Of a DNA stretch of 64,000 bases, positions 1 to 55,523 are shown piece by piece. The position numbers and the translations under genes are program-made. The stretch is taken from assembly GCA_964234715.1 (NCBI GenBank), contig OZ174275.1, one strand, 5' to 3'. Numbering within the stretch: position 1 is the first letter of the stretch; the number at the start of each line of letters is the position of its first letter. The notes beneath the pieces were generated by a model. That model did no database searches. It was not told the origin of the DNA and worked only from the letters and a program-made list of their open reading frames with translations. Source of the DNA: Podarcis melisellensis (taxonomy: Eukaryota).

Positions 1-648
1 TGTACTTGGGCCAGTGAGGAGGCCAGGGCAGAATTAGCTGTGGGATCCCAGAGTGGGTAATTTTCATTAAAAAGTGTGGAGGGGGGAAGAGAAGAGAAAT
101 AAAAGATCGGGCTGAGTTCAAATTAAAGGCCAGGTGGAATATCTCTGTCTTACAGGCCCGGCGGAAGGAGGTTAAATCCTGTAGGGCCCTAGTCTCATGG
201 GACCAGGTCAGAGCCATCACTGAAAAGGCCCTGGCCCTGGTGGAGGATAGTCTGACTTCCTTAGGGTCCAGGACATCTAAATTATGGTTATTCATGGACC
301 TTAAGGTCCTCTGCGGGGCATACCAGGAGAGGCAGTCCCGTAAATACCAGGACCCTAAGCCACGAGGGGCTTTAAAGGTCAAACCCAGCACCTTGAACCT
401 GACCCTATACTCCACCAGGAGCCAGTGCAGCTGGTAAAGCACTGGGTGAATGTGCTCCCATGGCAGGAACCCCACGTGGAGCCTTGCTGCAGCATTCTGC
501 ACCCGCTGGAGTTTCTGGGACAGTTTCAAGGGCAGCCCCACGTAGAGCAAATTACAGTAGTCAAGCCTGGAGGTGACCGTCGCATGGATCACTGTGGCCA
601 GATCAGGGCAGGAGAGGTAAGGGACCAACTGCTTAATGCGGCGAAGAT
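1..648 (-). mobile_element. L2 LINE 3' fragment (ORF2 C-terminus)
   Basis: Minus strand translates LRRIKQLVPYL...TSRLDYCNLLYVGLP...KLQRVQNAAAR...LHWL...RVRFK, typical L2 ORF2 C-terminal motifs. Confidence 0.85.
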
Positions 649-774
649 TATCAGTGTTAATGACAATCACTAATAGACACTCCCCCCAAAAAACTATTAC
701 TAGCTTTATATATGTATTTATTTACTTACTACAAGCATTTCCACTTAGGAACTCAAGGCAGTGTGCATGATTCA

Positions 775-880
775 CCCTCTTTTTATCTTCTCAACAACCC
801 TGTGAGGTATATGAGACAGGCCCAATGTTGCCCAGTGAGCTTCATGGTTTAGTGGGGATTTGAACCCTGGTCTCTCAGGT
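775..880 (-). mobile_element. Degenerate CORE/MIR-like SINE fragment
   Basis: acaaccctgtgaggta core and ggatttgaaccctgg (reverse B-box). Confidence 0.5.
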
Positions 881-1699
881 TTGACAGTCATACACATTCA
901 TTCCAGCAGACTGAATGAAAACTAATTGTTTTTGCAGTGGTAAATGCTGTTTCCTTCTACTTTGTGGATGTTGATTTGTTTATTAACTTTGGTGTTTCCA
1001 CCTGGTAAGTTCTTGTTAAAAGGGGAATTATGGTTACACAGAACTTGAATGCATTTCAGAAGCATGGAAACATGCTAAGGATGTTCCTATTTTTCTCGAC
1101 TTGTATTTAAAAAATAAATCTTGTTTGAGGTGCTTTCTCCTTGCTGTAGGGTACTGCAGACATTTGCAGCCATAAAGGGTAGAGCTTACCTAATTTCTCT
1201 GACAATGACCTAGTTGCTGATTTCTGTAGTACTGTCTATTAAAGCTGTGAAATGACACGTGCAAATTAAGTGGTTGTTGCACTATTTATCCTTGACTGGT
1301 ATTAGGATTATGAGCTTCATTTTACTATTGTGGTTGGAAAGCATTTCAGCATACTGATGTGTGTTTGTGTGCACCTTTCATTATGTTCCTTTGAGGTTAG
1401 GTGATTGTAAGAAGGCAGGAAAACCAAGCTTTGATGCTTATATAAAACACGTGATTCTAACAAAGCATTGAGTAGTGCTACAGAACGCTGAGCAGTTAAA
1501 GGTGTCTCCTGAACAGAATTGTAAATTTGAGGAAAGTTGTTGCACTTTGAACAGCTCCTATAAGGCAAGACGTTGTACTTGGTTCTTCTTAGGGAGATGG
1601 GCCTCTGGACATTTTTCAAAGGCCACTTATTTTGGCTTACCAGCGCAATGTTACAAAAAATGTTTACTCGAAAGCAGTTGGAGGCAGAGTAGTTCTTTT

Positions 1700-2880
1700 C
1701 GCAATTAAACGTATGCTTGCGGATTCTGTTTCGGACCACTATTTTTAACAGGTTCAATTTACGGCCCCTCGTACAGAGATCACACATAAGCACAACCCTG
1801 TACATACCGTCGGGCTCCTCGCCCCGCGGGATCAGCAAGACCTAAGATACGCGGAAGCCTCCTCAGGAGCACGACTCGTCAAGCTAGCTAGTCTGAACAT
1901 AAGTGGACGACTGGCCTTGCTGGTCAGGCCTCTTTTCCAGCTTGAGAACCCGTCTGCGACAGAAAGGGAATCAAAAAGGCTTGCGAACTGGTTAGGGTGG
2001 GGACCCTCCGCGGCGCGGAAGCCTCGGTAGAAGCGCTCTGCCTCTCTGATCGGGGGTGGGGGAGAGCGAAGGGGCGGGGTGCGCGCATGGTCTGTCCAGG
2101 GCGGGGATCCCTGCCTTTGTTTGTCACATGGCCCGGGGAAGGCCCTTCGCTCAGGTGCGGCGGGAGGCGGAGGTTGGTGTCGCCGGCTGCGACGCGCCCC
2201 GCCCTTGGGGGAGGCGCCTCCTTCTCTGCCGGTCGGAGATGCAGCTCTCCGCCCGCTCCTGCTGCTAAGCCGGGCCGCGGTTGCTGGGCAAGCGAGAGTC
2301 CGGCCTAGTCCGGCCTGGGGGAAGGCGACGCTGTCCGGCGCCCGCTGCAAGGTAGGGCGGCGGCACTGGTGGCGAGGCCTAAATCCCCAGGGTGAAGGCC
2401 AGCTGGGGCGGGCGACTGTCATAAACAATGCCGGGGGAGCGGCCTGCTGCCCCGCTGCATTGGGTGGCCAAGTTGTACCGAGCAGCGTCTCTCGGTCGGT
2501 CGGTCCGGCTGGCGAGCGGCGTAGGCCGATTTGTTGTGCTGGTGGTTGTAGATGTCGACTGGCTCCGAGCTGCAGTAACTGGGGAAATGTGGCCCTGCTG
2601 GGCATAGAGCGGGAAACGGTGTCTGGGGAGCCTTCGGCAATTCCTGTCGCAGGGGAAGGGGACGTGCGTTGTAGGTCTAGACCGGCAATGTGATCTGGGG
2701 CAGAAAGGGGATCCTTGACAGGGAAGGGATTCGGATCATCTTTTGAGATCCCCCTGTATGTGCTTGGAAGACGCTGGGGTGAGGTGGGGTGGCATGGGCG
2801 CGAGATTGTATTGAATGAAGAAGGCCTGTGTCAGGAATCCCCAACATCGAGCGCTTGAGCATTTGAACGGAGGTGTTATG
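1700..2880 (+). promoter_or_regulatory. CKAP5: CpG island / CKAP5 promoter
   Basis: Strong CpG/GC enrichment in an AT-rich background; GC boxes (GGGGCGGGG 2071-2079), NRF1-like TGCGCGCATG ~2080, E2F-like GGCGGGA ~2159, upstream of first coding exon. Confidence 0.85.
2230..2351 (+). other. CKAP5: Putative non-coding exon 1 of CKAP5 (5' boundary approximate)
   Basis: Donor AAG|GTAGGG at 2351/2352 inside the CpG island; exon 2 has an acceptor 31 nt before the ATG, so an upstream UTR exon is required. Confidence 0.5.
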
Positions 2881-2981
2881 TTATGAAGGTCTACTCTGTG
2901 AATGTTCACAACAACAACAACGCTGGCCCTATTTCAGGGAGCTTGCTTTTTATGCTTCGTAGGAATTTTCATTCTTTGAAA

Positions 2982-3083
2982 TTTAAACCAGGGATTCTTA
3001 ATTTTTGACTCTCCAGATGTTGGACTACAACTCCCACTAGAAATCAAGCAGGGACTAACCCTGTTTGAGATCCCTGGTTTAAA
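2982..3083. mobile_element. Short hAT-like MITE
   Basis: Inverted ends tttaaaccagggat / atccctggtttaaa around a cagatgttggactacaactccc core. Confidence 0.5.
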
Positions 3084-4481
3084 AGGTTTTTCAGGAAGTC
3101 CTTGTGTTATGAATTGTTCTAATGTTATCTTGCCTCCATGTCAGTGACATTCACACATGCATGTAAATACTAGGGCAAGATGCAGGGCTCTACAGCATTA
3201 ATTAGATTTTAGAAAATAAGAGGTACTAGTGGAGAACCTATATTAGTTTCACTAGAACAGGGTTGGGGAACAAATGGAACTCCCAACTAGCATTGTAAAT
3301 GGTTGTGGATAGGTGGCATTGTTCAACACCATCTGAAGGACCATGGGCTCCCCACCCTGTTTCCAGGACTTAGTCATAGAGCCTACCTAGAATATTTCCA
3401 AGTAACAGCTCCTGAATGCAGATGCAGTCAGGTAGAACAACTCTTATTTGGAAGGAAATGTGATTTAAAATAAGTTGTGGAAAAACTCAGTAAGCAGAGT
3501 GGCAGTGAATAGAGGCAAGTGGTCCTGTCTCAGCATAAGGATTCTTTTTGCTCTCTTGTTGTGTAAACAACTTGCCTTGCTTCTGCAAGTGGTGGGAGTG
3601 TTCTTTTCTTGCACTCCTCTTCATAAAAAAGACTTCCAGGGATGTATTGTATCCCAATTTGGTACAAAATTTGAGGAATTATTTTTGGGGGATTACAGTA
3701 CAAGTTTTTGAAAATGGTACCAAACAATATTTTAAAAGGCTTGTAACAACAAGCAGTTTCTAGAGTTATAGCAGAATTCTATAATGTTTACCCAGAAGCA
3801 AGTCTCACGACCCCATGCTTCAATTTTAAGACTGTTACAAAAGTTGGGTGCCTCCCACTCTCTCTGCTGGGTGGTGGCAAAAGCCCATGGGGATTGAGAC
3901 ACAGCAGAGACTGGTGTAGCTTTAAGAAATATGGGTTATTCATTCATTTACCCCTTCAATCTGCATTGAGGGAGTCCAGATCTTACAGCATGGTCATTTT
4001 AAGAGAGGCTTGTATCCCACAGCAGTGCAGCTCTGGAGTCCAAGTCATCTCTCCCAGTAATTTTCTCAGCCAGCCTGTCCAAAAAACGGCTCCCAACCCT
4101 TCTTCATCCTCCTTCTCAGAACCCCTTACTAGCAGACTCCCTTTTCCTGTCACCTCAAACATTGTTTCGCTGGCGACCCTCCAAATCCCCAGTCACTGTT
4201 CACCTGGGGTGGGGGGAAAGGACAATTCCTCAATGATTCTCTATTGTTTCTTAAAGGCCCTCACTTGGCCAGGTTGTTTAGCATAGGCTAGTCCAGGAAT
4301 TGATCTGCAGATTGTATTTCTCCCTTCACAACCCAAATCATCAAAATCCTACCATTTATTAAATTCTGAGAGTAACCCTAATCAAGCACTGTGTTTCTGG
4401 CTTCTGAAAACATATGATTACTTTGTTGGAGTGCTCAGTTCATTTGTTCTCTCTCCCCAGTTCTTTTTGATTGGCTGTTTT

Positions 4482-4620
4482 CTTTTAGAAGACATCTGAA
4501 GGCAGCCCTGTTTAGGGAAATTTTAAATATTTGATGAATTATTGTATTTTAATCTTTTGTTGGAAGCTGCCCAGAGTAGCTGGGGAAACCCAGCCAGATG
4601 GGCGGGTTATAAATAATAAA
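4482..4620 (+). mobile_element. L2-type 3' tail fragment
   Basis: catctgaaggcagccctgtttaggg...gctgcccagag...gatgggcgggttataaataataaa tail. Confidence 0.55.
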
Positions 4621-5029
4621 AATTATTGTTGTTGTTGTTCTTTTTATATTTGAAACAGCAACTGCTATACTGTAAAATATTTCAAATGATGCAGTCAAAT
4701 TTAAGCACTTCTAAGTCCCCATTGTCTGAAAGTAGGAAAAAGTTAAGCATGTCTGTTAATCCTGTTGAAATTGAGAAGACATAAAGGTGCTGGATCATTT
4801 AGCTCAATCTGATATCTTTAGCTCAATCTGAAGATGTTTTCTTTGAAATAAATCTTACGGATTTCAGTGTGGTATACTCTGGAATAGCTGTATGTAGGAT
4901 TGCAATTAGATACTTCAAAGTCACATTGTGTATTTAAAACACAAATAATCAATTCTGTACAATTCTGATATTAGAAAGCTTTTATCATTTGTGTCCTGAA
5001 AGCAGCTTCTGTGAATAGTAACATTTTGA

Positions 5030-5156
5030 GATGGCTTGGTTGTGTTGTTGTTTGATAGGTGAATCTTTGTGCTGAGTCTTGCTGTGGGTGATGGTGGAGG
5101 TCCATCACAATGTTAAACAGTAGAATGCACTGGATAATAAACTCTTGGCTCACCAT
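5030..5156 (-). mobile_element. Possible ancient LINE reverse-transcriptase remnant
   Basis: VSQEFIIQCILLFNIVMD resembles RT motif GVRQGCILSPLLFNIVMD; highly decayed. Confidence 0.3.
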
Positions 5157-6480
5157 ACTTGCTAGGTGGTCCAGAACAAATTACAATTCCTCTGCCTAGC
5201 TAATGTCATAGAATAATTACAAAATTAGATGTGAGTTCCGCATAGAAAGCAAAAAAAAAAAGGAGGGCAAGCTGAATGAACAGATTTGATCTTCAGTTGC
5301 TTCATCTTTTAAGCATTGGGTAGCTACAGGTGAAGTTTTGCAAATAGAATGGGAAAGGAAAGTTTTATTAAAAATTAATCTGAGGTTTTGCTTCTAAGTG
5401 AGATCTTGAGCAAAGCTTTTCCTTGGTTGCAGCAAAACAATAGTAACTTACGGAGTAATGACAACAGTGGCAGTGATCCAAGTATCAGTTCAAAAGTAGC
5501 GATCACAGTGTGTACTGCAATTGAACACATCTATCCTGAGCTACCTTTGGTTCTCCCTCCTTTTCTTCTCTCTTCCTCACTGTCTCTGTTCATATCTCGG
5601 TTCATGTGCTGTGGGTTCATTTGCTCCACTCTCTCACCTCAGTTTTCTTTTTCAAAATCAAGGGGCCTATGACTATTAACAAGGCATTACTTCCAAGCCA
5701 CTGAAGACTGAATGCATGACATTTTAATAGAGCCATTGTCTATTTTAAGTGGGGGTAGGGGCGCTTATGAAGCTCTAAGATGTCATGTATGCTCATTGTG
5801 TTGTAGCAATAGCTGATTCATAAAAGGCCTGCTTCATGCTATGTTGATCATTTGGTGGGTGGGTGCACGACTGTGATTTGCCCCTACTGGTGTCTGGGAT
5901 CTGCTGAGCAAATGCTGCCTGTTTATGCAGCAGCATGATCTTCTCAGCTTGAGATAAACATTACCAGGACAGAAGTGATGTGGGACAGCTGACTGCATGG
6001 TTTTGACGCTACCCCAGCTGCAACATAAGCTGCTTCTATGGCAAATGCAAGGAAGCATCCAGAGGCAGTTTCGTCAGGGAGTGCAAAGGAAAAGAGTCTT
6101 GCGCCATCCTAACCTATTCTGAGTCTTTCCAAGGGGAGCCAGAAAACAGTCTGTGGTTGTGAGAGCAGGTAACCTGTTCAAGGTGCCTCAGAAAGGAATT
6201 GGAAACCAGAACGACAGTAGAGGGCATCCCAGTTTAACCAACCATATCCTTTTTGAGCACTTGGACACTAACATTAGCTTTCTTCTCATACAGGGAGCTG
6301 ACTACTTCCATCTAAAGCCAACAGGCGAGGAAAATACTCAAGTTGGTAGTGGGGGGAAAACTACTTTAAAAGCATTGTTTGTATTGTTGCAAAGGACCAC
6401 AAAATATTGTTTTTTTAAAAAAATCACATTTTTTGCAGCTACTGCAGTGCTTCACTTAAAATCTTATGTGCCTCTTGAGT

Positions 6481-6552
6481 GAGATGGGCGCACAACCCCA
6501 GAGTCTGTCAAGACTGGCCCGTACGGGCAGGGGTACCTTTACCTTTACCTTT
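6481..6552 (+). mobile_element. 5'-truncated Sauria SINE tail
   Basis: gagatgggcgcacaaccccagagtc...ggggtacctttacctttaccttt, similar to the 3' end of the copy at 19621. Confidence 0.75.
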
Positions 6553-8210
6553 TTATAAGAGACGAGTAGCTTTTCTGCATGACATGTAAGGAAACTACCT
6601 CACATTTTGAAACTTGGATTAATGACTAGTTTATTGCAAACAAGCTATATGCTTTTAAAATTATTGTTAAGGTTGACAGTCGTTATCCTGTTTTGTATGG
6701 TATTTTAGTGCCTGGTTCACTGTTGAAATCTCATAAGTGCACTTGTTCTTTATACAGTTTTTAGGGACCTGGTAAGCATTTTCTGCCATAGTTTTAGTTG
6801 CCAGTGTGAGGGATTGTCCTACATAACTTATTAAATTAGGAGCCTGAGGCTTGTCTTTTATTTTTGACTGTTTGGAAAGAGAATTGCACCTGCATTCTTT
6901 AACATTTAACAACTGACACGAAGAGCCTTTTAGTTTCAGTGCCTATGATCTACTGGTATTAATGTTATTGTTTTTAACTATTTCAATAAAATACTACTAT
7001 TGAATTTTTATTTTGTTTTATAAGAAAATTATACCAAGAGAAGGACGAGGAGTAAAAATGTGATAAGGGAAAATAAAATAATTCTGTGATCTGTGAAGGT
7101 TGTATATATTAAGTGCTGAATATCAATGACTATCTTGTAATCCCTTCTGTAATAACTGACAGTGGGAATACACTTTTGTAGCAAAACCAGTAATTGGGAT
7201 GCCTGTGATTCTTAAACTGCTGCATACACAATCCTGAAGAGCTTTGGGGAATTTGCCTCATAGTTGGAAATGGATACTTGTTCCCATTTGAGGTAACTCA
7301 AATGCTATTCTATATAAAAAAATGTAACATTTTACAAAGTTGATTTTTTTCCTTTTAATACAGTATATGCTATCAATAAAGTAGATGCTGTTTCTCCAAG
7401 TTTGCTGGTGATGCTGTTACCTTTTTGCCTCCTTGAGTAGATTTTGGCATGCCTGAATCTTCTAGGCTTTACTTGTCATCTTAAGAGTGTGTCTATACCT
7501 TATTGCTAATATCAGAAAATCTTATTTATACTAGTTGGACCAGATAGCCTTCAAATACATTCCAACTCTTTCTTTTTCATGAATAAAAATGACCTCTTTG
7601 TAACTATTCTGGAGAACCTTGAAATGTTTTCGGCATTATTTAATATTTTATATATTAGTTCAGACGTTATACAGAATGTGTAGGAGGTGTTGGAACAGGT
7701 ATTGAAATTATTGGGTGGTGCTCTGCTTCCTGTCCATAATTAATATTAGGTAAGGCAATCTCAACCTACTGTGGCTTCAGTGAAGTAATTCTGTGTAAAT
7801 AGTTGACTTATTTTATTAGCTTAACCTCTCCTTTCAACCTGGCCACAGAAGTTAGATTAAACTGGTAATAGGTGTATGGTGTTTTTGTTAAGCATGTTCT
7901 CTTTGGAAGATGAGAGGTTTTTCCACTGCTGAACGGTCTTTGGAAGTCATCCTGGGACCTCCTCCAGCTCCAATGTGGTTTGAAAGTAGTTGCTGAATTT
8001 GTATTTCCTTGTGTATTTCCTATACACAGGAATTGGGGGGGGGGGAATACACCAGTAAGATCACTTGAAGTTGCTTAAAATTCTGTTTCTCTTCCACAGT
8101 CTTGCATAAAAAAGCTTTTTAAATCTATTCTTTGGGGCACCACAGACTTGCCATCCCTTGCCAGGAGCTAATGTGTTACATTTCCTCCAGTTGATAGTAG
8201 CCCATTTGGT

Positions 8211-8326
8211 TATGGTGCAGCAATAATCACTTGAGGGTTAATATGGGATGAGGGCATATTGAGCATATTGAGCAATATGGTGCAGCAATAATCACTTGAG
8301 GGTTAATATGGGATGAGGGCATATTG
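8211..8326. repeat. 51-bp direct duplication with 14-bp spacer
   Basis: 8211-8261 identical to 8276-8326. Confidence 0.9.
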
Positions 8327-9006
8327 GTGCAGCCGTGTTGAGTTAGGTGACAGAGGGTTGTGGGATTGCATATCAGCAAGTGAATAACAAGACTTTAGTG
8401 GTGCAGACAGGAAATAGAACAGGCTGTAGGAAGGTAGAGGTGCTTCTGCAGTCTGGAAAATGCTGGTTGTCGGGATTAAAAGCGCAGTTAATTTAGTGGC
8501 TTAATAACTTGCTCTGTATTGTGCATCATTAGTTGAATTTGGCATTTAGAAATACATTATTGACCTGATGAAGTTGACTCTATCAGCTCTGAGAAAGGCA
8601 TTTATGTTAAAATACTACTATACACATAAACTTGCATATGTCTTGGAATGATCTTACAGAGTTGGGTGTGTTTCAGAATATATTAAAAGCCCTTTAGGGG
8701 ACTGAATGAGAGTCCGATTAACTATGTTCCTTACTACAGAACATTAATTGCTACATCTATATAATTCTGAAGGAAGATTCCTGTTGCTTTTGTGTCTGCC
8801 AAAAGAGGAACAGCAAATTACTTAATGATATATTTTCTCATTTCATTGTAATTTCTATAGCCCTTTTCTGGTGGCATTGATAGTGTATTGACAGTAAAAA
8901 TTGAGGTTTGTGTGTATTTTGCAAATGTAACTATGACCAGTGACTGTTAATTTTACTTTCCCCCCTCCTACCTAGGAATTACTGATTTACAAGAAACTAA
9001 AGCACC

Positions 9007-52084
<43,078 letters not shown>

Positions 52085-52517
52085 AATGGCATCAGACAGC
52101 GTGGCTGTTGAAGAGCTGTCCATCTTTAGTTTACTAAACTAGAAGTCTTCATAGTTAAGTGGCCTCATGTAGGCCTTCTGTATACAAACTGGTTTATGTG
52201 TATAATACAGCAGATCTTGGAGGAGGATCCAAGTCATTGTGGCACAAGTCTTTGTACATACTTTGCTTCTCTGTGAGCATTTATTGACCGTAGAAGACTG
52301 TCTGTATTAGTTTTAGTGTACAGAGCTGTAAACAACCATTCTCTTCAATCCAGTTTCTCATAACTTTATTTGTAAAGTTGTCTTCTCTTTCTTAGCTCTT
52401 AACTCTTAGAAGCTCTTCAGTGGTTTTCCTTTTATTTTTAACAACTTCTTCTCCATATAATCCTTGAACAGTTTCTGTACGGACGCATGGCATGAATTAA
52501 CTAAGTGTCTTTTTGTA

Positions 52518-52523
52518 AATAAA
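52518..52523 (+). terminator. CKAP5: CKAP5 polyadenylation signal
   Basis: AATAAA ~430 nt after stop, GT-rich sequence downstream. Confidence 0.7.
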
Positions 52524-54289
52524 GTTTGCATTAACTCTCTCTGGGAGCAGCAGTGGCTGTTGGTGAGAAATGTCCATCCATGTTCTTAGTTACAAGTGAC
52601 TCAGCATTTCTAGTTTCCGTGAGCTGCTGTCTAAACCTTCACAGCAGATTAACTTTCATGGAGAAGCTGAGACACTAACATTGCAAGCATGCTTCAGGTT
52701 GAAGAAATCTTTGATTTCTATTGAGAGCACTATTAGTCTTGCCATGGCTTCCAGAATAGCGTGGGGCAGAGGCAGAACATTTCACCCCCTAAGAAACCAC
52801 TTTTCAAGCCCTTCTCTGTATTTTAATCTAGTTAGTTTACAAGTGCTAGAATGCTCAGGTTCCTTTTAAGGATTTAGTTTCATCCATTTTTTTAACATGG
52901 TGGATGATCAGTATCCTACACTGGAGACATGTTGGCCTTTCCTCATACATGCTGGAGCCCAGAATATTTCAATGTGCTAATTTGCTCTTAGATATATTTT
53001 TAGCTCTGCTGTCAGCCTGAAAGTTTTGTAGTAAATGTATAATCAGTGATTGCTGCTAGTGGTTGAGAACATAGTCTTGGGGACGCTGTTTCCAAAATAC
53101 ATGTGTTCTCAGAAGGTGAATTATACTGTGGCAGTTGAAGGTCACGTGGATGTGGTTGTGAGGAATTGTTCTGGAGGACTTGCTGCTTTTATGTATGGGT
53201 TATGCATTTGTGTGCCTCTTACAATCTGAGACTCAGAACTGCTATAGCACACAGTTGTTGGAGTAATTTCTAGGTTAATCTTCCCTCCTCTGCCCCTGCC
53301 TTGGATATTTTGACATAAGTGGCATTGCATCGGCTTTAACACACTCCCAGAAATACCAGCTCTTTCCTGTGGCTGACAGAGATTTAATTTCATTTGCATT
53401 TCTTCGTGCTTGTTAGACGTTGATTAAATAGCATTTACTATTCAACCATAGTTTAGTGTTGCATCAAATCGAATTGGTTGTCTTTATAAACTTCGTTGGT
53501 CATTGTGTACACATTATGATCTGTATGCTGATTTGGAAGTGATGCCCATAAGCGGGCGCATCCCAGTGTGTGCATTATTTGCCTTCTGGGAGGACTCTGC
53601 ACACTTCCCATTTTTAACTTGCAGTTTTTTTCAGTGGATGCCACTTCATATTGAATCAGCTGCCTTAGCTGGGGCTATGAAAGATTGAATCAGCACCCGT
53701 CAGCCACATCATTCTATAGCACTTTGGTGTGCCTTGCAGTGGTGCAAAATGCATACAGTTTGTGGGGCTCTGAGTTGCTGCTTGTGCACATCTAGTGATA
53801 GCCTCCTCTTGTAGCTGATGCCCTGTTCCTTACTCTTATGTTGGAGTTCACACTGGTATAGTAAGTGCAAGGAACGGGGAGGTAATGGTCATTAGAAATA
53901 CAATTTGCAGGGGGGGGTGTATGTGTGTCATTAGTGAGATTTGGAAATGCAATGAAGTCTCTGGCAAACTTTGTTTTCTCTAAAAAGATGCTCTCCCCAC
54001 CACTAGGTGTGGCTTTAGTTTTGATACATTCTTCCCTTTCAGTGCTGGTTTCAGAAATGCCCTATTTAAGCCACGTTTAGCTTAACCTAGAGCCAATGGA
54101 AATGTTTCTACAGTATGTTTGAATAAATGTTACATTTTACTACTAAAATTCTCTGTACTCCCTCAGTCTTGGTGATCTACCTATGATAGGTACTCAAGGA
54201 GAACTAGCTCCTTTGCCTACCTGTATCTGAAAGGACAACGTCTGATCAGCATCAGTATAAATAACAGGTTTTTTATGAATATAAACTAT

Positions 54290-54462
54290 CTTAATAGCGT
54301 ATGCACCATATCCTTATAGCACAATCGAAGCACATTCTTTCCTTCAAAGAATTCTGGGCAGTGTAGTTTATCGCTCCCAGATTTACAATTCTCAGCAACC
54401 CATAACAAATAGGGCCCAAAATTCTTTGAGGTGGGAAATTAAAGATATAGTGTGTATGCAAC
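54290..54462. mobile_element. Decayed foldback MITE
   Basis: Imperfect inverted arms (tcaaagaattctgggc / gcccaaaattctttga; tatgcaccatatc / gatatagtgtgtat). Confidence 0.45.
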
Positions 54463-55151
54463 CTTTGTCAATATTCATGGAATTTGACTAGTTTTCTCCA
54501 TTGTATCTTTTTATGATGCCTCACTTAGAAATGGTTCAATTTAGCAGCTGTGGCAATGGTGGGGTACATTTCTTTGCTTGCAGACACTACTGTTTTTTGT
54601 CTAATGCGATTGAATAAAACTACATCTCACAGCAACCACACCAAAGAACACACAAGCTGCCCTTTGGTTTACTCCCATAAATATCATAGGGTGGTGCTTG
54701 TAGTTTCACTCTGAACTTTGAATTATATTTTTGGATTGAAATTGCTGGAAGAAAACATATATCTGCTTTCTGCCCAGAGCCCTGAAACGGATGAACTGTA
54801 GGCAACTTCTTTTACTCTCTCCTTTTTGGAGAGAGCAAAAATGCAGGCTAGGTGTACTACCTTTGTTACTCTAAGATAAATAAGGCCACATAACTTACAA
54901 CTTACAACTTATTATGCTAAGGTAACCCTAGTCACACTTGAGGATTTCCCATTGTATATTTTGAGGCTTGATTCTAAAAGATCCTGCATAGGGTTATCCT
55001 GCACAGCTATTTAACTTGCTCATTCAACCAGATACAGTACATTCACCTTAGTCACAGTTTTGCTTTACTAACTTTTCAAGTAGTACCTGTACTGCTAAGT
55101 TCACTTTTTTGCAATTGATGACAAAGGAGATTGAGTACATGGTCCAGAACC

Positions 55152-55157
55152 TTTATT
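55152..55157 (-). terminator. F2: F2 polyadenylation signal
   Basis: AATAAA on minus strand ~110 nt after stop. Confidence 0.7.
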
Positions 55158-55266
55158 GAGGTTTGTGCCAAAATACGTTTCCTTCCTTAGGCTTTTAGGT
55201 ACCTGTCATGTTTGACCAGTATACATACATCTCTAAATCATTGTGCAGGTGCTGAGCTTAAGTTTT

Positions 55267-55410
55267 TTAATGCCCATGTTTCTCAGTAACCTTTTGCAAC
55301 CATTTCTTCAGGCGGAAGACGTGGGTGTAGAATCCATATTTGCCATCACGATCGCAGCCTTCTCCCCATGAGACGATACCCGTCTGATACCACCGATTAT
55401 CTGTTGGGTT
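55267..55410 (-). CDS. F2: F2 last exon (14), coding part
   Basis: [37 protein letters not shown]...HGH TAA. Confidence 0.95.
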   Translation of the reverse strand, partial: NPTDNRWYQTGIVSWGEGCDRDGKYGFYTHVFRLKKWLQKVTEKHGH

Positions 55411-55488
55411 CTGGAGAGAGGAGAGTGCAAGAGCACCAAGGAAGAGTCAGCATACTGGGGGAAAGCATATAGGTCACATAAAGAGGGC

Positions 55489-55523
<35 letters not shown>

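Noticed and set aside
1-1700. 3' exons of neighbouring LRP4 expected from synteny
   Set aside because: No recognisable LRP4 coding sequence in the window
1832-2693. ORFs of 257 and 204 aa in the CpG island
   Set aside because: Expected from GC richness; low-complexity, no recognisable protein
55492-55521. Coding polyQ/polyC tract
   Set aside because: Lies in the F2 intron, 81 nt from the last exon
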